DNA of 63,829 bases, filler included, from Octopus bimaculoides (GCF_001194135.2; 6 parts of 6 records of this genome joined end to end with filler, not necessarily neighbours in it); one strand, 5' to 3'. Positions 12,671 through 28,664 are shown, counted from the first letter of the whole stretch. The notes: generated by a model from the letters alone, not told the origin. Program-made: numbers and translations.

Positions 12671-13529
12671 TGGTTTTACAAAGAGAGAAAAGTGTACTCA
12701 ATACAAGTATCAGAGTATATTAGTATATTTGAAGCTGAGGATATTCCGATTTTCCAGTTCCCGTTTATTAGTACGTATGTGCGTGTATATGTATGCATGC
12801 ATGTAATGTATGAGTGTGTTTCTATGTGTGCGCGTGTGTGTTTATGTGTGTGTGTGCGTGTCTGTGTGTGCGTGTTTATGTATCTAGGAATATATGTTTA
12901 TATACAGTTATATTTATACATTAAGTAGAAAATATTCTACTTGCAATATATGCACAGTGAGAAAACGCCGTGAAAGTTACGTCTGAAACTAGTTGCCGTA
13001 ATCACTTTTGCTACAAAGAAAATTATGTAGTATTTTGTGCCTTTGTCTCATGTACATGCTACAGTAGCAGTTACAGCTTCTTCTTCTTCTTCTTCATCAT
13101 CAAGCTAATACCTAGATCTTTCTACCCTCAACCCCATCAACTTCAGCCTTAGTTGTACCTGTCCCCATCAGTATTTTCATCCTTCATCACATTATCAAAT
13201 CCTTACCAGTAGGCGTTATACCTGTTCCTATCAGCATTAATTAATACCAATATTATCAACCAAGAGAAAACAAATCACACACACACACAAAAACTTCAAC
13301 TATATGATTAATAACTGGAAAAACTTCGTTAATCTTATTTAACGTATCCTTTCAAATAGTAACTTTTTTTCAGTGTTCAGCAAGCTCAATGGTATTGATA
13401 TAGCATTGCTCCTCTCAACTTATTTTCATCATCATCATCTTTAGCCTGTATTTTTCTATATCCTATATTTTTCGGTTTATGAAATTAGTATTTAAAAAAA
13501 TTTTGATTGTATTATTTTTGTTCTTTGGA

Positions 13530-13605
<76 letters not shown>
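13530..13605. repeat. (ATT)n microsatellite
   Basis: Directly visible. Confidence 0.95.
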
Positions 13606-14214
13606 TATATATCTATCTATTTATTTGTTACTCTTGAAATCATTTTTATTTTGCATTAATATCATTACATTTATTCAATGGTAACACACATTACACTGAC
13701 TGAACTTGGGTTTTTTTTTAAGTGAAGAGAAGTTGCGAAGAATTTATCCAGTCGGCTGTTAAACCATCTTTCTTGTATTCTTACATCATTAAATTTGCAT
13801 TGTGATAAAAAAAAAATGGAGATAGAGAATAAGGAAGGAAGGATTAGTGCTCAGAAAGGGAGGTGAGAATGGGAAAACAAGAAAATAGCCGACGGTAAAT
13901 AGTTAGTCAGTAAAACAACAAAGAAAGTGTTGGGGTCATAAATGAAATAGGCGCTGTAGAAACTAAAGATGAAACATTCAGCCCCTCCGCAAAAGATAAA
14001 AGCAAGTATAATAAAAATATATAATCGTTTGGTCAGTTTGCGAAAATGAGATTACAAACTACAACAAAGACAACACTGACGATGACAATGTATTGAAAAC
14101 CAACTACCTACATAAAAAACAAACGAACAAACAAAAAGCCTACGAAAAAGCATCTACTGGTCATTTGATTTACCAGGAGCATCGGCTTAATTTCCGTTAT
14201 GTCACAGAGATTTT

Positions 14215-14325
14215 GCTTTCCTTTCAAAAATGAGGGTAACATAGTCATGGCCGGAACGCCTTTCATGGTAAATCTGCTCGATCAGAATTGATCTGGGATT
14301 ACACAGCAGCAGCAGCAACGACCGC
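14215..14325 (+). mobile_element. 3' fragment of repeat family E (CAA/CAG-tailed retroposon)
   Basis: GTCATGGCCGGAACGCCTTT...CTGCTCGATCAGAATTGATCTGGG plus (CAG)n tail, loosely shared with 35930-36125, 45760-46145 and 48990-49450. Confidence 0.45.
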
Positions 14326-14379
14326 AACAAGAAGGGTTCCAGTACAATAACAGCCGGAAGACTACCAAACAACAGTACA

Positions 14380-14423
<44 letters not shown>

Positions 14424-17400
14424 NNNNNNNNNNCGTCTGTCTGTCTGTTTATGTATATATATATATATATGTATATACATAGATAGATAGATAGATAGAT
14501 ATATGTGTGTGTGTGGGTGTGTGTATGTATGTATTCATATATTTAAATAGAAAGTGAAACATCATCCATCTATCGTAATCATCAGAGTCGTCACCACCAT
14601 CATAGTCATCACTATCATTCTTCTTATCGTCGTCGTCGCCGTTGTAGTCAGCATCATCACCATAATCATCCTCATTTAATCTACTTCCACATCAATAACA
14701 GCCATAAGTCTAACGATCAAAAAATAATATTTCAACTGATTGTGCCAAGAGAAATTACAATGAATTAGTATTAATCCCATTACCACAGAAGCACCAACAC
14801 AACAACGGCGACGACTACCACTACCACTACCACTTCGACCACCATTGCGATCAACGCCGCCACTTTCATTAATAATACTACTACCGAAACTGCCCAACGC
14901 CACATCTCGTTATCATCACTATCACAACTGGTAGTGCAACTACCAAAACTACTATAGAGCCCAGTACAATCAACGTTAATAATTAACATTAAAAACTAAT
15001 TATACTACGGGCATATTTTATTTAGAAATATGAAATTAAAGTAGTGTTCTTCATAATTTGTATACTGAATTAAACATTAAATCATCGTTAACCACAATAC
15101 TGGAGTTATATTATAATCCGGAATATACCAATTTTTACACTTTAAAACAAAATTATTTTTCTCTGCAACTGTAATAATAGTTTTGCACTGTTTGGAAAAC
15201 ATTATTCTTCAAAGCCTGGAAAGGTTATTGTGATCTGTTGCTGTTTGGGAAAAGTGTAGTTTTGAAACAGTTCGTAACAGATTCTCAGACAGTACCATTT
15301 TTCACAATTGGTGAATCTCTACGCCGTTTAGGAAACTACTATGCAAAATTATACAGCTTAACAAATGTATTCATTACTTTTCACAAGTGCTTAATGAACC
15401 ACAGTTTGACAGAGTTGATGTAAGTCCTATTATTTTTCCATCTAATTTTGAGATCGGCAATGATTTTATTATTCCCCTAAATATATAAATTGCAGACAGA
15501 TAGTTAAAAAAAAGAAGAAAAGACGAAAAAAAGTATGAAAATTATTGCAAAATAAAATATAACTTTATTCGTGATAATAGAAACGACTATATCGATAAAG
15601 ACGTTTATTTTGTTCCTCCTCATCGAATTCAGAGAACCAAAATTAGGTTGTAGGCTGAAAACACAAACGCTGATTAACAGCAGCAACAGCAAGAATATCA
15701 ACAACGATTATAAAAAAGCAATAATTATAGTCATGTCTAAATGAAAATTATATCAATGTTAGATAAAATAAACTAACTGTAAAATAATAATCATTACATG
15801 AGATAAAATGATGAAATGTCCTCCCCAGCATTTATTAACTTCGAAGGGTATAGTTTATAAATGTTAATGAAACAACAACAACGTATATAATGCTAATAAA
15901 GAGATACTATTTGCATATATTACTACACACATAAAGTAAATACATCAGATATACATACAGCCAAGCTTCTGTATATGCACACACACATACACACACAAGC
16001 GCACACACAGACACATATGCAAAAACACACATTTACACTACATTGGGTTTAATATACACACAAGCATACATCCCCCACACATATAAACAACACTGGGTTT
16101 GATACATATACACACATGAATGTATGCACATGCATTTTAGATAATGCTAAATAAATTTGTCGACATCCAACGCTACTACACTTTAGAATTTTTTGTATAG
16201 TCGTACACATGTATGTTGTAATTAAAGTACGTTAGTGGAGTTTATTTTATTTGACATTTTGGGATACATGTTTTAAATTTATCATTTAAGTACTAATAGT
16301 TTTTCTTTCGAATTAATAATAATAGCAACAAAACAACAATAATAATAATAATAATAGCAACAAAACAATAATAATAAGATGAATAAGGTTTAGAATAAGA
16401 AATATTTTTATATCTATAGTAATTATTATTTGCTTATTATTAAGTTAGTAGTAATATATATTAAGTTTATTGAAAGAAGTTATTTATCCGAGCACCTCTT
16501 TCAGGGTCGGGATAGTGAGTTTCTGAAATGTGTTACCAGAAATACATACAAGACTGTATACAAGCACAAATACTTTCTTTGATAGATAGATGGATAGATA
16601 GATAGACCGTAGAAAGATAGATAAATAGACAGTCCATCTATACAAACATATAGACTAATATATACATACATACACTCGTTTACCACACACAATTACAAGC
16701 GACTTCGTGTTAATTCTGTAAAATTTCTAGATTAAAGTTATAAAAGCAAGAGAACCGATTAAGAAACAGGTATTCGAATTAATAAAGACAAGGCTACTCT
16801 ACAGACATCCATACATTCTTACTGACAGTTAGGTAAAGATCTACACACACAGATATAAATTATGGAATAGATGAAAAGTTAGCTCTTTTCTTTCGTTAGA
16901 ATAGGTAAATAATTATACACTCGCTCATACATACATAAGAGCATACACACAAACAAAACCGCACACCTAGTCACGCATACATACAAACACTCGTATACCC
17001 ACTTGCACATATATTTGCATGCGTGTATATATATGTATATGCACATACGTATATAAGCATTTATACACATAAATTAAAACAAACACACAAGAAAAGGGCA
17101 ATATTGTAAGAACGCATACATACAGACGCACAAAAAAATTACACCCACGCAGAAAAGACATAAGTATTCAAAATTAGATCAAAAATATCATGCCCATTCT
17201 GTTAACCTCACCATGTTTAAGTATATTAAAAAATATATACACATTACGCACACACACATGTACATATATAAATACATAGGAACACTCATATATTTGTACA
17301 TACTTATTATCATATATCCGTATACATTTATAAACGCATGCTCTGTATAACATATCACCTATGAAACATTAAAATAAGCCACACACTAACCACATTGCGA

Positions 17401-18113
17401 CCTTTGTGTGGCTTCATCGATTTCATAACACCCAACATACATATTGAAAAAAACTTTGGTGATTCTCCTTATGAATGTGTGCGCGCATTCCGTGCGTGAC
17501 GTGTGTGCGTGTAGAGCGTGTAAGGTCTGTACGTAAGTTTATATGTATTTGTTTGCACGGTTGCGTATCCATTTGCGTATACAGTACGGGTCTATGCCGG
17601 GACGTCTGTGATATCTGTATGCACGAGCAACGAAAATGTGCGCGCGTGTGTCTGCGACGGTGTTCTTACGCCAAGTCACTTAAATTTGGAAATTTTACAA
17701 AGGAATCATTCCCAGGCTTTTCACCACCACCGGATCTTGGTTGATTAAAAAAAAGAAAAAAATTCTATTGAGCCGCAACTAGCGGCACTTTGTGGATTAC
17801 CTTTGATGTTTTTACCTTGAAGAGGGTGAAAAGCCTCTATGAAACGGGTTACCTTTATTTCAAGGACTACATTCGGATTCTAATCCCGGTAAGATTATAA
17901 TATTCTTATTGTTAATCGTGTATTCATATATTACATATATACATTCATATATATATTTGTTCACATACCCCGCACAGTCACATATAGATACATAGACACA
18001 CACAAGTGTGTCTAAATGTATGCATATATATATATAATACACACACACACACACATACACAAACAAAGACATATATGCATGCGTGTATGAACATGTGAAG
18101 TATATCTATATCT

Positions 18114-18175
<62 letters not shown>

Positions 18176-18448
18176 NNNNNNNNNNNNNNNNNNNNNNNNN
18201 NNNNNNNNNNNNNNNNNNNNNNNNNNNNNNNNNNNNNNNNNNNNNNNNNNNNNNNNNNNNNNNNNNNNNNNNNNNNNNNNNNNNNNNNNNNNNNNNNNNN
18301 NNNNNNNNNNNNNNNNNNNNNNNNNNNNNNNNNNNNNNNNNNNNNNNNNNNNNNNNNNNNNNNNNNNNNNNNNNNNNNNNNNNNNNNNNNNNNNNNNNNN
18401 NNNNNNNNNNNNNNNNNNNNNNNNNNTATATATATATATATATATACA

Positions 18449-18486
<38 letters not shown>

Positions 18487-18536
18487 CCTATCTATCTCTC
18501 TCTCTATCTGTGTGTCTTATGTCTGTCTATCTATCT

Positions 18537-18573
<37 letters not shown>

Positions 18574-18583
18574 NNNNNNNNNN

Positions 18584-18619
<36 letters not shown>

Positions 18620-18795
18620 CATACATGTTTGTATAAATATGCCCATATATGTGTTTGTGTATTCATATATAAACAACCACACACGCTCACAAACATACAC
18701 AGACAAGGTGCACACACGCATATATGCAGGTGAACATAACAAACAAGCACGTGCTTAAACATTTCTATTTCTCCGATATCACTTTTCTTTCATTT

Positions 18796-18827
<32 letters not shown>

Positions 18828-18875
18828 CACGCACACAATAGATTTACAAATATATAATATATATATCTATATATC

Positions 18876-18907
<32 letters not shown>

Positions 18908-19177
18908 AAGGCATAGCAAAATGCATACGGGCCACCATACATATATTTATTCGGATTTTTGATGAATTACACACACACACACACACACACACATACACAC
19001 ATAAACACATGCACACACATACACACACATACACACCTATGTATTTATTTTACGTACTATCATAATTTCACGCACAGCGAGTTAGAATTTATTTCTGGAT
19101 ACTTGATATTTTTTCTTTGAGATGCCTATGATAATATTAATGCCATAATTTAAATAATATCCACTTCTAAAGAATAA

Positions 19178-19229
19178 GCTGCTGCTGCTGCTACTACTAC
19201 TACTACTACTACTCTTGCTACTGCTGCTT

Positions 19230-19300
<71 letters not shown>
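19178..19300. repeat. (CTG)n(CTA)n trinucleotide array
   Basis: Directly visible; source of spurious poly-L/S/V ORFs. Confidence 0.95.
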
Positions 19301-19301
<1 letters not shown>

Positions 19302-19899
19302 TCATTACTGCTTCCACTAGTATTAATGATAAAGGAAAAGCCAAAACGAAAACTGTCTGTGACCCACCACAACCGAATTTCCTACTCGATTCGCAGAACA
19401 TATACACACCAAACAAATGACCACTCGCGTGTGCACAAGCTTGCATGCAGCCAAACCCACGCTCATACATAGATGTGTGTATATAAGTGTACACACACAC
19501 ACACACACATACACATATATTCCAAGAAAAGATATACAGTAGATAGGAATCGGAAAGTGTGTATGAAGAAATAGGCGGAATGGCATGAAGGTGTGACAGG
19601 AAAAGCGATAATAGGGAAATGAATTGGAAGTCTGTTAAAAGAAATGAAAGATTTGTAGATAAAGTGAAACAACAACAAAATAATCAAAACAAGAAACAAT
19701 TGTGATGGTGCGAAAGAGATAGAGAGAAAAGGAATGAATGAGAGTGAAAGAAAGAAAGAGGGAGACAGTGGGGGGAAAGAACTTAGAGTAAATGATTGGT
19801 AAGTTGACAACCATCGAATTAATTCGAGAGAACGTAGTTACCTACTAAGGAGACCTAACGCTATCATCCACTTTGTCCAAATAATTCTCTTTTACCTTA

Positions 19900-19996
19900 T
19901 GGCGCTGCCGCTGCCGCTGCTACGTCGGCTGTTGCTGCTACAATTTTTTCTTCGACGTCGCAGCCACCTCCTCCTCTCGAACTTCTTCTGCTTCTT

Positions 19997-20052
<56 letters not shown>

Positions 20053-20409
20053 TTCTTTTATTCGCCACAGGGTCTCCTGACGAATAATAATAATAATAAT
20101 AATAATATTCATAGTAAAAACAAAGGAAAAGAAATAATAAACCGAAGCAGTTGATGCTGCGCCAACAGTTATTGTTGCATCGTTCACATCATTATCATCG
20201 TCAGCATCATCATCGTCGTCGTCGTCGCCGTCGTCATAATACTCACCATCACTACACCACCACCACCACCACCACCACCACCACCACCGCAACCACATCA
20301 TCCGCCTCCTCGTCATCGTCGTCGGCGACGATAAGAGTTGTAGTTATCACCATTATCATTGTTAAAGAATGTATATGGTAAATAAAAGGATTATGATCGT
20401 CCCCACCAG

Positions 20410-20456
<47 letters not shown>

Positions 20457-20530
20457 TCAGATCGTTATTGTCATCGTCATCGTCGCGTTGTCATTGTTCT
20501 CATCATGATAATCATCGACCACATCGCAAT
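19900..20530. repeat. Mosaic of trinucleotide arrays (GCT, TAA, CGT, CAC, CAT)
   Basis: Directly visible cryptic-simple sequence. Confidence 0.85.
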
Positions 20531-21040
20531 CTTTCTCTGCCAGTGTATTTCGTTGATTGTTTATGCATTCAGATTATGTATTTTTATTTTCTATTCATTG
20601 AATTCGATCTAGTTTCTGTGGAATGGGCAATTTAACGAACAGTTTTTCTCCACACTCGAGAAATCAGTAGCGTGGGTACAAGAGAAAAGTAGTGTGAAGG
20701 TACAAGCAGGGCACCAATTGGCACACACTCTCGCTCGAACTCAAACACGCACGCTCGTACACACACACACACGCGCATACATACTTACATATACACTCGC
20801 ATTGAGGAACAGATATGTAGCGCCCACAAGAGCCTGTGTGTGTGTGTGTGCACGCACACACACACACACACCCACACACACACACACACACACACTCAAG
20901 TATACACTCAAGGGTCCACAAAAGCACACATGTACACACACGCATAGGCACAAATATACACACTTACAAGCATGTATATGCCTACATTATCAAGAATATC
21001 CGCTAACGTATATACGCGTTGGCAGTTATATATTCATTTA

Positions 21041-21080
<40 letters not shown>

Positions 21081-22288
21081 TGTGTGTGTGTGTGTGTGAG
21101 AGTGTGTGTGCATGTTAGTGAAATTTTCAGTTTAGTTTTTCTCCATTAGATAAAGTTATTACACATCCAGAATTATATGGAGGCAACCAAATCATATTAT
21201 GTTACACGCCAGCAGCCTTCACAGAAACTTTGAATACACACAGATGCACACACAGCCATGCATGCATCCACACACACACACACACGCACACACGCGTATA
21301 TTTAGATATATACATTCATGCACATTTGACTGCAGTAATGTGTTCAGTGTGTGTGTGTATGCACGTTATGTTTATGTTGCCGTGTTTCCGTGTATTTAAT
21401 TTTATACAGGATTGTGATAACTTATACGATACTGCCTATGTGTACGGATTAAAATTTAATCCGGGGAAAATATTATTTATGAATGTTTCGATATTTAGAG
21501 GTTTTAATGTATGCTTACTGGCTTGCTTGAGTGTGTTAAACATACGCCCGTTATACTTACAGATACATGTAAATATTAATGTAATATGTATGCATACGCT
21601 TCTACGGAATTTAAAAATCATGTATATACATGCAATGAACTCTCACTGTCCCTCTTTCACTCTCTATGCACACACAAAGATGTATATGTGTATGCGTGTG
21701 TGTATGTATTTACATACAAGAGAAAGAGAGTTAGGGAGGGAGTAAAAAATAATGTAAGTTGTAAATAAAATAAATAAACTTGCTGATGAGAAAATCAATA
21801 GAAAATTGAATGAAAGCATTTGAGTATGTAAACGTACATTAAAATATGAAATAGCTCGACTATCGTTTGCACACATATACCGCCATACATAAACATATAC
21901 ACTCACATACACTCACACACACTCACATGCATTTGCACACACATACATCCACGCGTGGATACACGCGCACATCCACTCACTGCAAAACGCACACACCATT
22001 AACTTAAAAAAAAAAAAAGCCAACATCCAAATATATTGGCTTTAATAATGAGTTCTATGTCTCATTTATGAATAGGTGGAATCATAGTCAAGTGGCATAA
22101 TATTACTGTTACTTATTCTAACTATCCCATAAAGTTGGGAAGCATCCGTTGTGATTTGTATTCGATAAAATGAGGCGCATTCATTCTGTAAGTCTTAATG
22201 GTTAATGCGGTAATAACAAGCATGAAATTGCATACATACACAAAAGAACATGCAAAGAATACAAACATGCACACACATACACCTATGT

Positions 22289-22346
<58 letters not shown>

Positions 22347-22559
22347 CGGATACATGTGTGTAAGTGTAAGTGTGTTAAGAACAGCCGTCACTTGCAAGCG
22401 TGTATGACATTGTAGTATGTATCCTGTTCTTGGTTATTTGACTATGTAGTCACCACAGAACACGAGCACCGTCTCGGCTCTCACGCACTCGACGCAGTGA
22501 AACACCGGGGATGTGATTACTGAGTAGGGAGAAAGCTGCACCAACCATCAGCTGAGGTT

Positions 22560-22670
22560 CATTTTCAGATGAGTAGACTGAAGCAATATGAAATGAAGTG
22601 TCTTGCTCAAGGACATCAGGCGCTACCCGTTACTGGAACCTATGACCTTACGATTGTGAATCTAATACAC
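22560..22670 (-). mobile_element. Diverged SINE family C fragment
   Basis: ACTGAAGCAATATGAAATGAAGTGTCTTGCTCAAGGACA matches 42410-42450. Confidence 0.6.
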
Positions 22671-23392
22671 CTTTCTTTCTCTCTTTTATGTCCCTCCCCT
22701 CCCCCTCTCTCTATATATTCGCTCACACACTTGAAATTTGAGTAATGGACACAATTTCTCATTAAATTCGAAAAAACTCCACGCCACACATTCAGTAGTA
22801 CTGTCCTAGTTTCATTCTCATATGTATATATATATATATATATNNNNNNNNNNNNNNNNNNNNNNNNNNNNNNNNNNNNNNNNNNNNNNNNNNNNNNNNN
22901 NNNNNNNNNNNNNNNNNNNNNNNNNNNNNNNNNNNNNNNNNNNNNNNNNNNNNNNNNNNNNNNNNNNNNNNNNNNNNNNNNNNNNNNNNNNNNNNNNNNN
23001 NNNNNNNNNNNNNNNNNNNNNNNNNNNNNNNNNNNNNNNNNNNNNNNNNNNNNNNNNNNNNNNNNNNNNNNNNNNNNNNNNNNNNNNNNNNNNNNNNNNN
23101 NNNNNNNNNNNNNNNNNNNNNNNNNNNNNNNNNNNNNNNNNNNNNNNNNNNNNNNNNNNNNNNNNNNNNNNNNNNNNNNNNNNNNNNNNNNNNNNNNNNN
23201 NNNNNNNNNNNNNNNNNNNNNNNNNNNNNNNNNNNNNNNNNNNNNNNNNNNNNNNNNNNNNNNNNNNNNNNNNNNNNNNNNNNNNNNNNNNNNNNNNNNN
23301 NNNNNNNNNNNNNNNNNNNNNNNNNNNNNNNNNNNNNNNNNNNNNNNNNNNNNNNNNNNNNNNNNNNNNNNNNNNNNNNNNNNNNNNNNNNN

Positions 23393-23437
<45 letters not shown>

Positions 23438-23795
23438 AACACACACATATTAACATAGATATATAAATAGACAAACAGGAGCGAGAAGGAGAGGGTGAGA
23501 GAAGGAGAGAGAAAGGGAAAGAGAGAGGAAGAGAGAGATTCTCGCAAAAATATCAGGTAATACAGATAAACTCTGGTTTGAAACTTATTATCGTATCTAT
23601 CATTGGCTTAAATTCGAACGAATGTTAGATTTCTCGAAGAACGCCTGAATATTTGATGTGGGGAAAGAAGAGAGTATGACTTTCATGTAAAACTACGTAA
23701 ACATCAACATGTATGAAAGAAAGATAAATGTGTACGATAGTGAAACAGGGTAACCGTCAAGATTTGTCGGGAGCATTATGACATACGACGCTTTT

Positions 23796-23831
<36 letters not shown>

Positions 23832-23841
23832 NNNNNNNNNN

Positions 23842-23878
<37 letters not shown>

Positions 23879-24049
23879 CATACGTACACACACACATTAG
23901 TAAATATGTGTGTGTGGGGGGTGTATTAAAATAGATTTTAATGATGTTGACGTATTTAGCGTGAACATTAATAGCATAGCAAAAAATGAATTGACTTAAG
24001 ACTTAGTTTGCAGATAGTTTCATCAGAATAGCGCAGACTGGATTTCCTT

Positions 24050-24080
<31 letters not shown>

Positions 24081-24156
24081 GCATACATGCACACATACAT
24101 ACACACAGACATACGTACACAGATACATACACACACAGATACGTACATACATACAA

Positions 24157-24187
<31 letters not shown>

Positions 24188-25489
24188 TACACATATGTAT
24201 ACATGTATGTATATGTATTTTGATTTCTTAGACATAGTCATCGGATTTTTAAAGAATTGGAAAACGCCTCGTGTCTTCCATGATTTTCTAAGTGGTGAGG
24301 GACAACAGTGATTGAAATGAAACATTCACAAACGAAAATCTAAATTGTAATGTGGGATCACCACTAGGATATTTACGGTGATTATCAGAGTAGTTGAAAT
24401 GAATATTGATCTTATTAAAAAAAAAAAATAAATAAAATAAAATAGAAAACTACACAGATCCCTTATTTTAGACAAAAAATAAATAATTAGTCTGACATCC
24501 ATGCCTTATACAATAGTCTAAATGGCGTAAATTCAACAAAATAGCACCAAACAAGATTTGAAAGAGTATCGCGGTCCAGGCTTGTCATGTTCTGCTCTGA
24601 ATATGTCTTTGTTTAGACAATGTTCAAGGTTGTCAAAGTTTAAAGGTAAACGGGTATTGTTAATTCAGTATATTGTATTGCATTGCTTGTACTTTTATCG
24701 AAACGGGCTGACGAAAGGCCAAGTCCCGATAAAATTTGTAGTCAGAGTTTAGATGAGAAAAAACAAAAGGGCGGACCTAAAACAGTGAGCCATTTGTTCG
24801 ACACTCTATCATTGTTGTAGTCATCCTGATGCCTTAGATGCAACTATATTGATTTATTTTGCCTTGGCACAAGGCCAATTTTTATTGAAGTAGTGATCCA
24901 AGTATATTTATAGTACATTTTATCGACTACAAATGGGAAAAAAAGCGAAATAACATCATGTTTCGAACTCAGAACACAGAGAGTTGAAAAACTAGCAAGG
25001 GAATTCGCAATAAATTATTTTCAAAAAGGGAGTTTATGCATAGGAGAACAAAAACCAATAAAAGCACTCAATAGATACCGTGATAAAACAACAACGGATT
25101 TTCCAACGAACACAAACCTCGACTCGATTTCAATCCTCAGTTAATGCAGTTCAGATTTATTTACGTTAATAATATCTTTTAGAAACAAAAAAGAAAATGA
25201 AAAAATAAATTTCTATTCTTTTCTTTTTTTTTTTCAGACCAAAAATGAAATACTGTAATGCTTTTCATTCGCTTACTCTCTGAGTTCAAAATGTTAATTT
25301 GTAAAATACAAGAATCAGCTTAATCGATTTATACACCTACCATTTAAAAGTTATCCCCGTCAATTGGGAATATATTACTATAGATAGACGTGTGTGGATC
25401 AAACGTTACGGTAAATGTGTCCGCTGATTTGCAGAAACATACAAACAAACGCACATAGACGTACATGACACACCAATTATACCCAATTA

Positions 25490-25749
25490 TGATATATGTA
25501 TGTGTGTGTGTGTGTATGTGTGTGTGTGTGTGTGTACATATATATATGCATATTTGTATATGTATATATATATATGTGTATATATATATATATGTGTGTG
25601 TAAATATATATACACATATATATATGTATATACATACGTGTATATATATATGTATATACATGTGTGTATATATATGTATATATATATATGTATATATATG
25701 TGTATATATATATATGTGCATATATATGTATATATGTGTGCATATATAC

Positions 25750-25816
<67 letters not shown>

Positions 25817-25935
25817 TGTATATATATATATGTGTATATATGTTATGTATGTATATATATGTATGTATGTATCTTTATACATAAACATATGTCTGTGAGT
25901 GTGTGTGTATGTGTTTTATGTGTATATATATATTA
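25490..25935. repeat. Long compound (TA)n/(TG)n/(TACA)n array
   Basis: Directly visible. Confidence 0.95.
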
Positions 25936-26777
25936 TAAATAGGAAATTATATTTGTATCTATCTAACTGTATTATATATGTGTCCAAAGTGCGCAAATAC
26001 ATTTAAGTGCTTACATGCACAAAGAAGCACTTCATGATAAGGAACTGACGCAGCTATAAGTTATCTTAATAGCACTCAAGTCTGGATGCACAGTTTCTTA
26101 CAGCCGAAGTAGCTGGAAGCTAATAAAGATGATTACGTAACTTCCCTTCGTTTATCAATTAATATATAGTTATTTATATTTATAGAAATCCCACGTGGAT
26201 TCGTATATACAAGCTGACCGTAGGATTTATATATATTCCACAGTAGTTAGTGGACTTTCACTAAATAACAAATCCTGTTAAACACGCCAAAAATATTTTG
26301 CTTTCTGTGAGGGCGCTGAAGTTGTAGACAGCAATCAAACGTGGGATGTGTTTGTAAACATAAGCTTACATGTAGATAGATGCGTTCATATACACACTGA
26401 AAAAGTGGCTATTGTATATTTACATTTTTAGTTGTGTAGGTGTGATTGTGTTTAAATTAGGAAAAGAAGTCAACAGAATGGAATAAAGAAGTATTTGTAA
26501 AAAATATTTAGAACAAATTTAAGGAGTTACATATTTCGAATGTGTTTGAAGCGCATATTTATATTGCATCCGTATCACACACAAGTATAGATAGCCTCCC
26601 GATTACTTACATTGCAATAAAATTGCAAGCGGACAAAAGACATGTCTTAAAGAAACCATATGATAGGAAAGGATAAAAAACAGTAACATAGTTTTATATA
26701 ACATAGGACAAAATAATCGATAAATTAACATAATAGATATATAGATGCATAGAAAAATAATGGCTGCTTGCATATAA

Positions 26778-26836
<59 letters not shown>

Positions 26837-26976
26837 ACGCGTGTGTATTTACACACACACACACACACAAATATATGGCTATATGATTAATAGACTTGTC
26901 ACGTGGTTTCGGGTTCAGTTTCAATGTGTGACGCCTCGGGTAAGTGTCTGCCCCGTGAGTGAATTTCGAGGCCCGT

Positions 26977-27010
<34 letters not shown>

Positions 27011-27148
27011 CGACGGACCTCGAGAATGAATCGCAGCTCTTCTGACATTCGAAACTCCGAGTACTATAATGAGTGCTTACTGATTGTCCTAAATTATACA
27101 TACAGAAATAATCCTCTATTTACCTAATATCGAGGTCTCATTCTTTTG

Positions 27149-27151
27149 TTG

Positions 27152-27233
<82 letters not shown>
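27149..27233. repeat. (ATT)n microsatellite
   Basis: Directly visible. Confidence 0.95.
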
Positions 27234-27237
<4 letters not shown>

Positions 27238-28664
27238 ACTACATGTATGTATTTGCTTAAATATAGAGAAACATAATATTTATATAGATATACACATGTA
27301 CACACACGCACACACACACACACATCACTTACATATATGTGTGTGTAAGAACGATAGATAAATAGATAGATAGACAGTCACACGCATATGATTGCACATA
27401 TATTCGCTTGGAGTTACTTATCTAATCGGTTGGTACTAGGAAATTATCACGTGCAGTTCTTCAGCGACAAAAAAAAAAAAAAAATCCTTAAGTTGACTGA
27501 AAATCTCACGTGCGAGAAATTTCGGGTAATGTCGAAGTGCATCAACTCCTCAGAACTCATACGGATATCTATCTATCTATCTATCTATNNNNNNNNNNNN
27601 NNNNNNNNNNNNNNNNNNNNNNNNNNNNNNNNTTAATTAATTAANNNNNNNNNNNNNNNNNNNNNNNNNNNNNNNNNNNNNNNNNNNNACACACACACAC
27701 ACACACACAGATTCTCATTTATATATATATAGATAAACAGTATTTAGTTTTTCGTCTTTTTTTTTTTGTTAAATAAAGACTGAACCAGTGCATGTGTTTG
27801 TTACCGGCATAATGCCTCTCCCAAGGTTTAATTGTATTTCTTTCAACACACGTATCCACATCAAGAATCTTGCACACCAAATACACATACGAAAGAGTAT
27901 ATATCAATTTTCAGCATTAAAAAGGAAAGATTACATAGAATCAGTTTAATATTCATTCATGTACTTAATTATTTACTTATTAGGTGGTTTCTATAAAGAA
28001 TGCTCAGGGCATTTACTTATGGAATACTGGAATGATAAACACGCTATGCATCTATTACTTATAAGCAAAGAATCTTAATTTTTTGATGTATGCATTATGT
28101 ATGTATGTAAGCTGTTTCGTCTGATTTCAAAATAGCAAAGAAGACCTATGAATGACGGAGAATTAAGATTTGAAGTTGGTAGAGCTCCAGCATGGATTGG
28201 GCGGCGATGGTTAACAAACCTTAAAATCTACTGAATAATGTGTTTGTCTTGAGTGGGCTGTTGGTATTTTATTTACACCATTCAAAACAGCCGTCGCACG
28301 GGTAATCCTACACCACGGGTTGTATATCTAAATTGCACCGCTCCTTTCCCCAGCAAATAGGAAGTCTTTTCATTGCGTCAAAACCAACCATTAACGTAAA
28401 ATGAAGGTAAACAATATCAGGACAGACGCGTGCTTAGGCAAACACGTGTGGTGTGTGTGTGCATGTGTGTAAGTGTGTGTGTGCGCGCGCGCTCTCGTTC
28501 GCTCGTGTATATAAGTTCAATTATATAGCTATTCATATATATATTTGTATATTTATAGACGTATTTATACATTCATCTCTCTCTCTCTCACACACACATA
28601 CACACATATGTATATACATCCATTTATATGTTCATATATAAGGACTGTGTACATCAAGACAAGT

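Noticed and set aside
12958-13000. Hammerhead-like layouts at 12958-13000, 17813-17860, 24705-24735 and 32276-32310
   Set aside because: The core or stem I is broken in each; not distinguishable from chance without a family consensus.
27589-27688. TTAATTAATTAA embedded in Ns, recurring at 27633, 33548, 58726, 60167 and 61504
   Set aside because: Always 44 N + 12 nt + 44 N = 100 nt, and the 12-mer gives stops in all six frames. It is a scaffolding spacer, not biology, and contiguity across these joins is uncertain.
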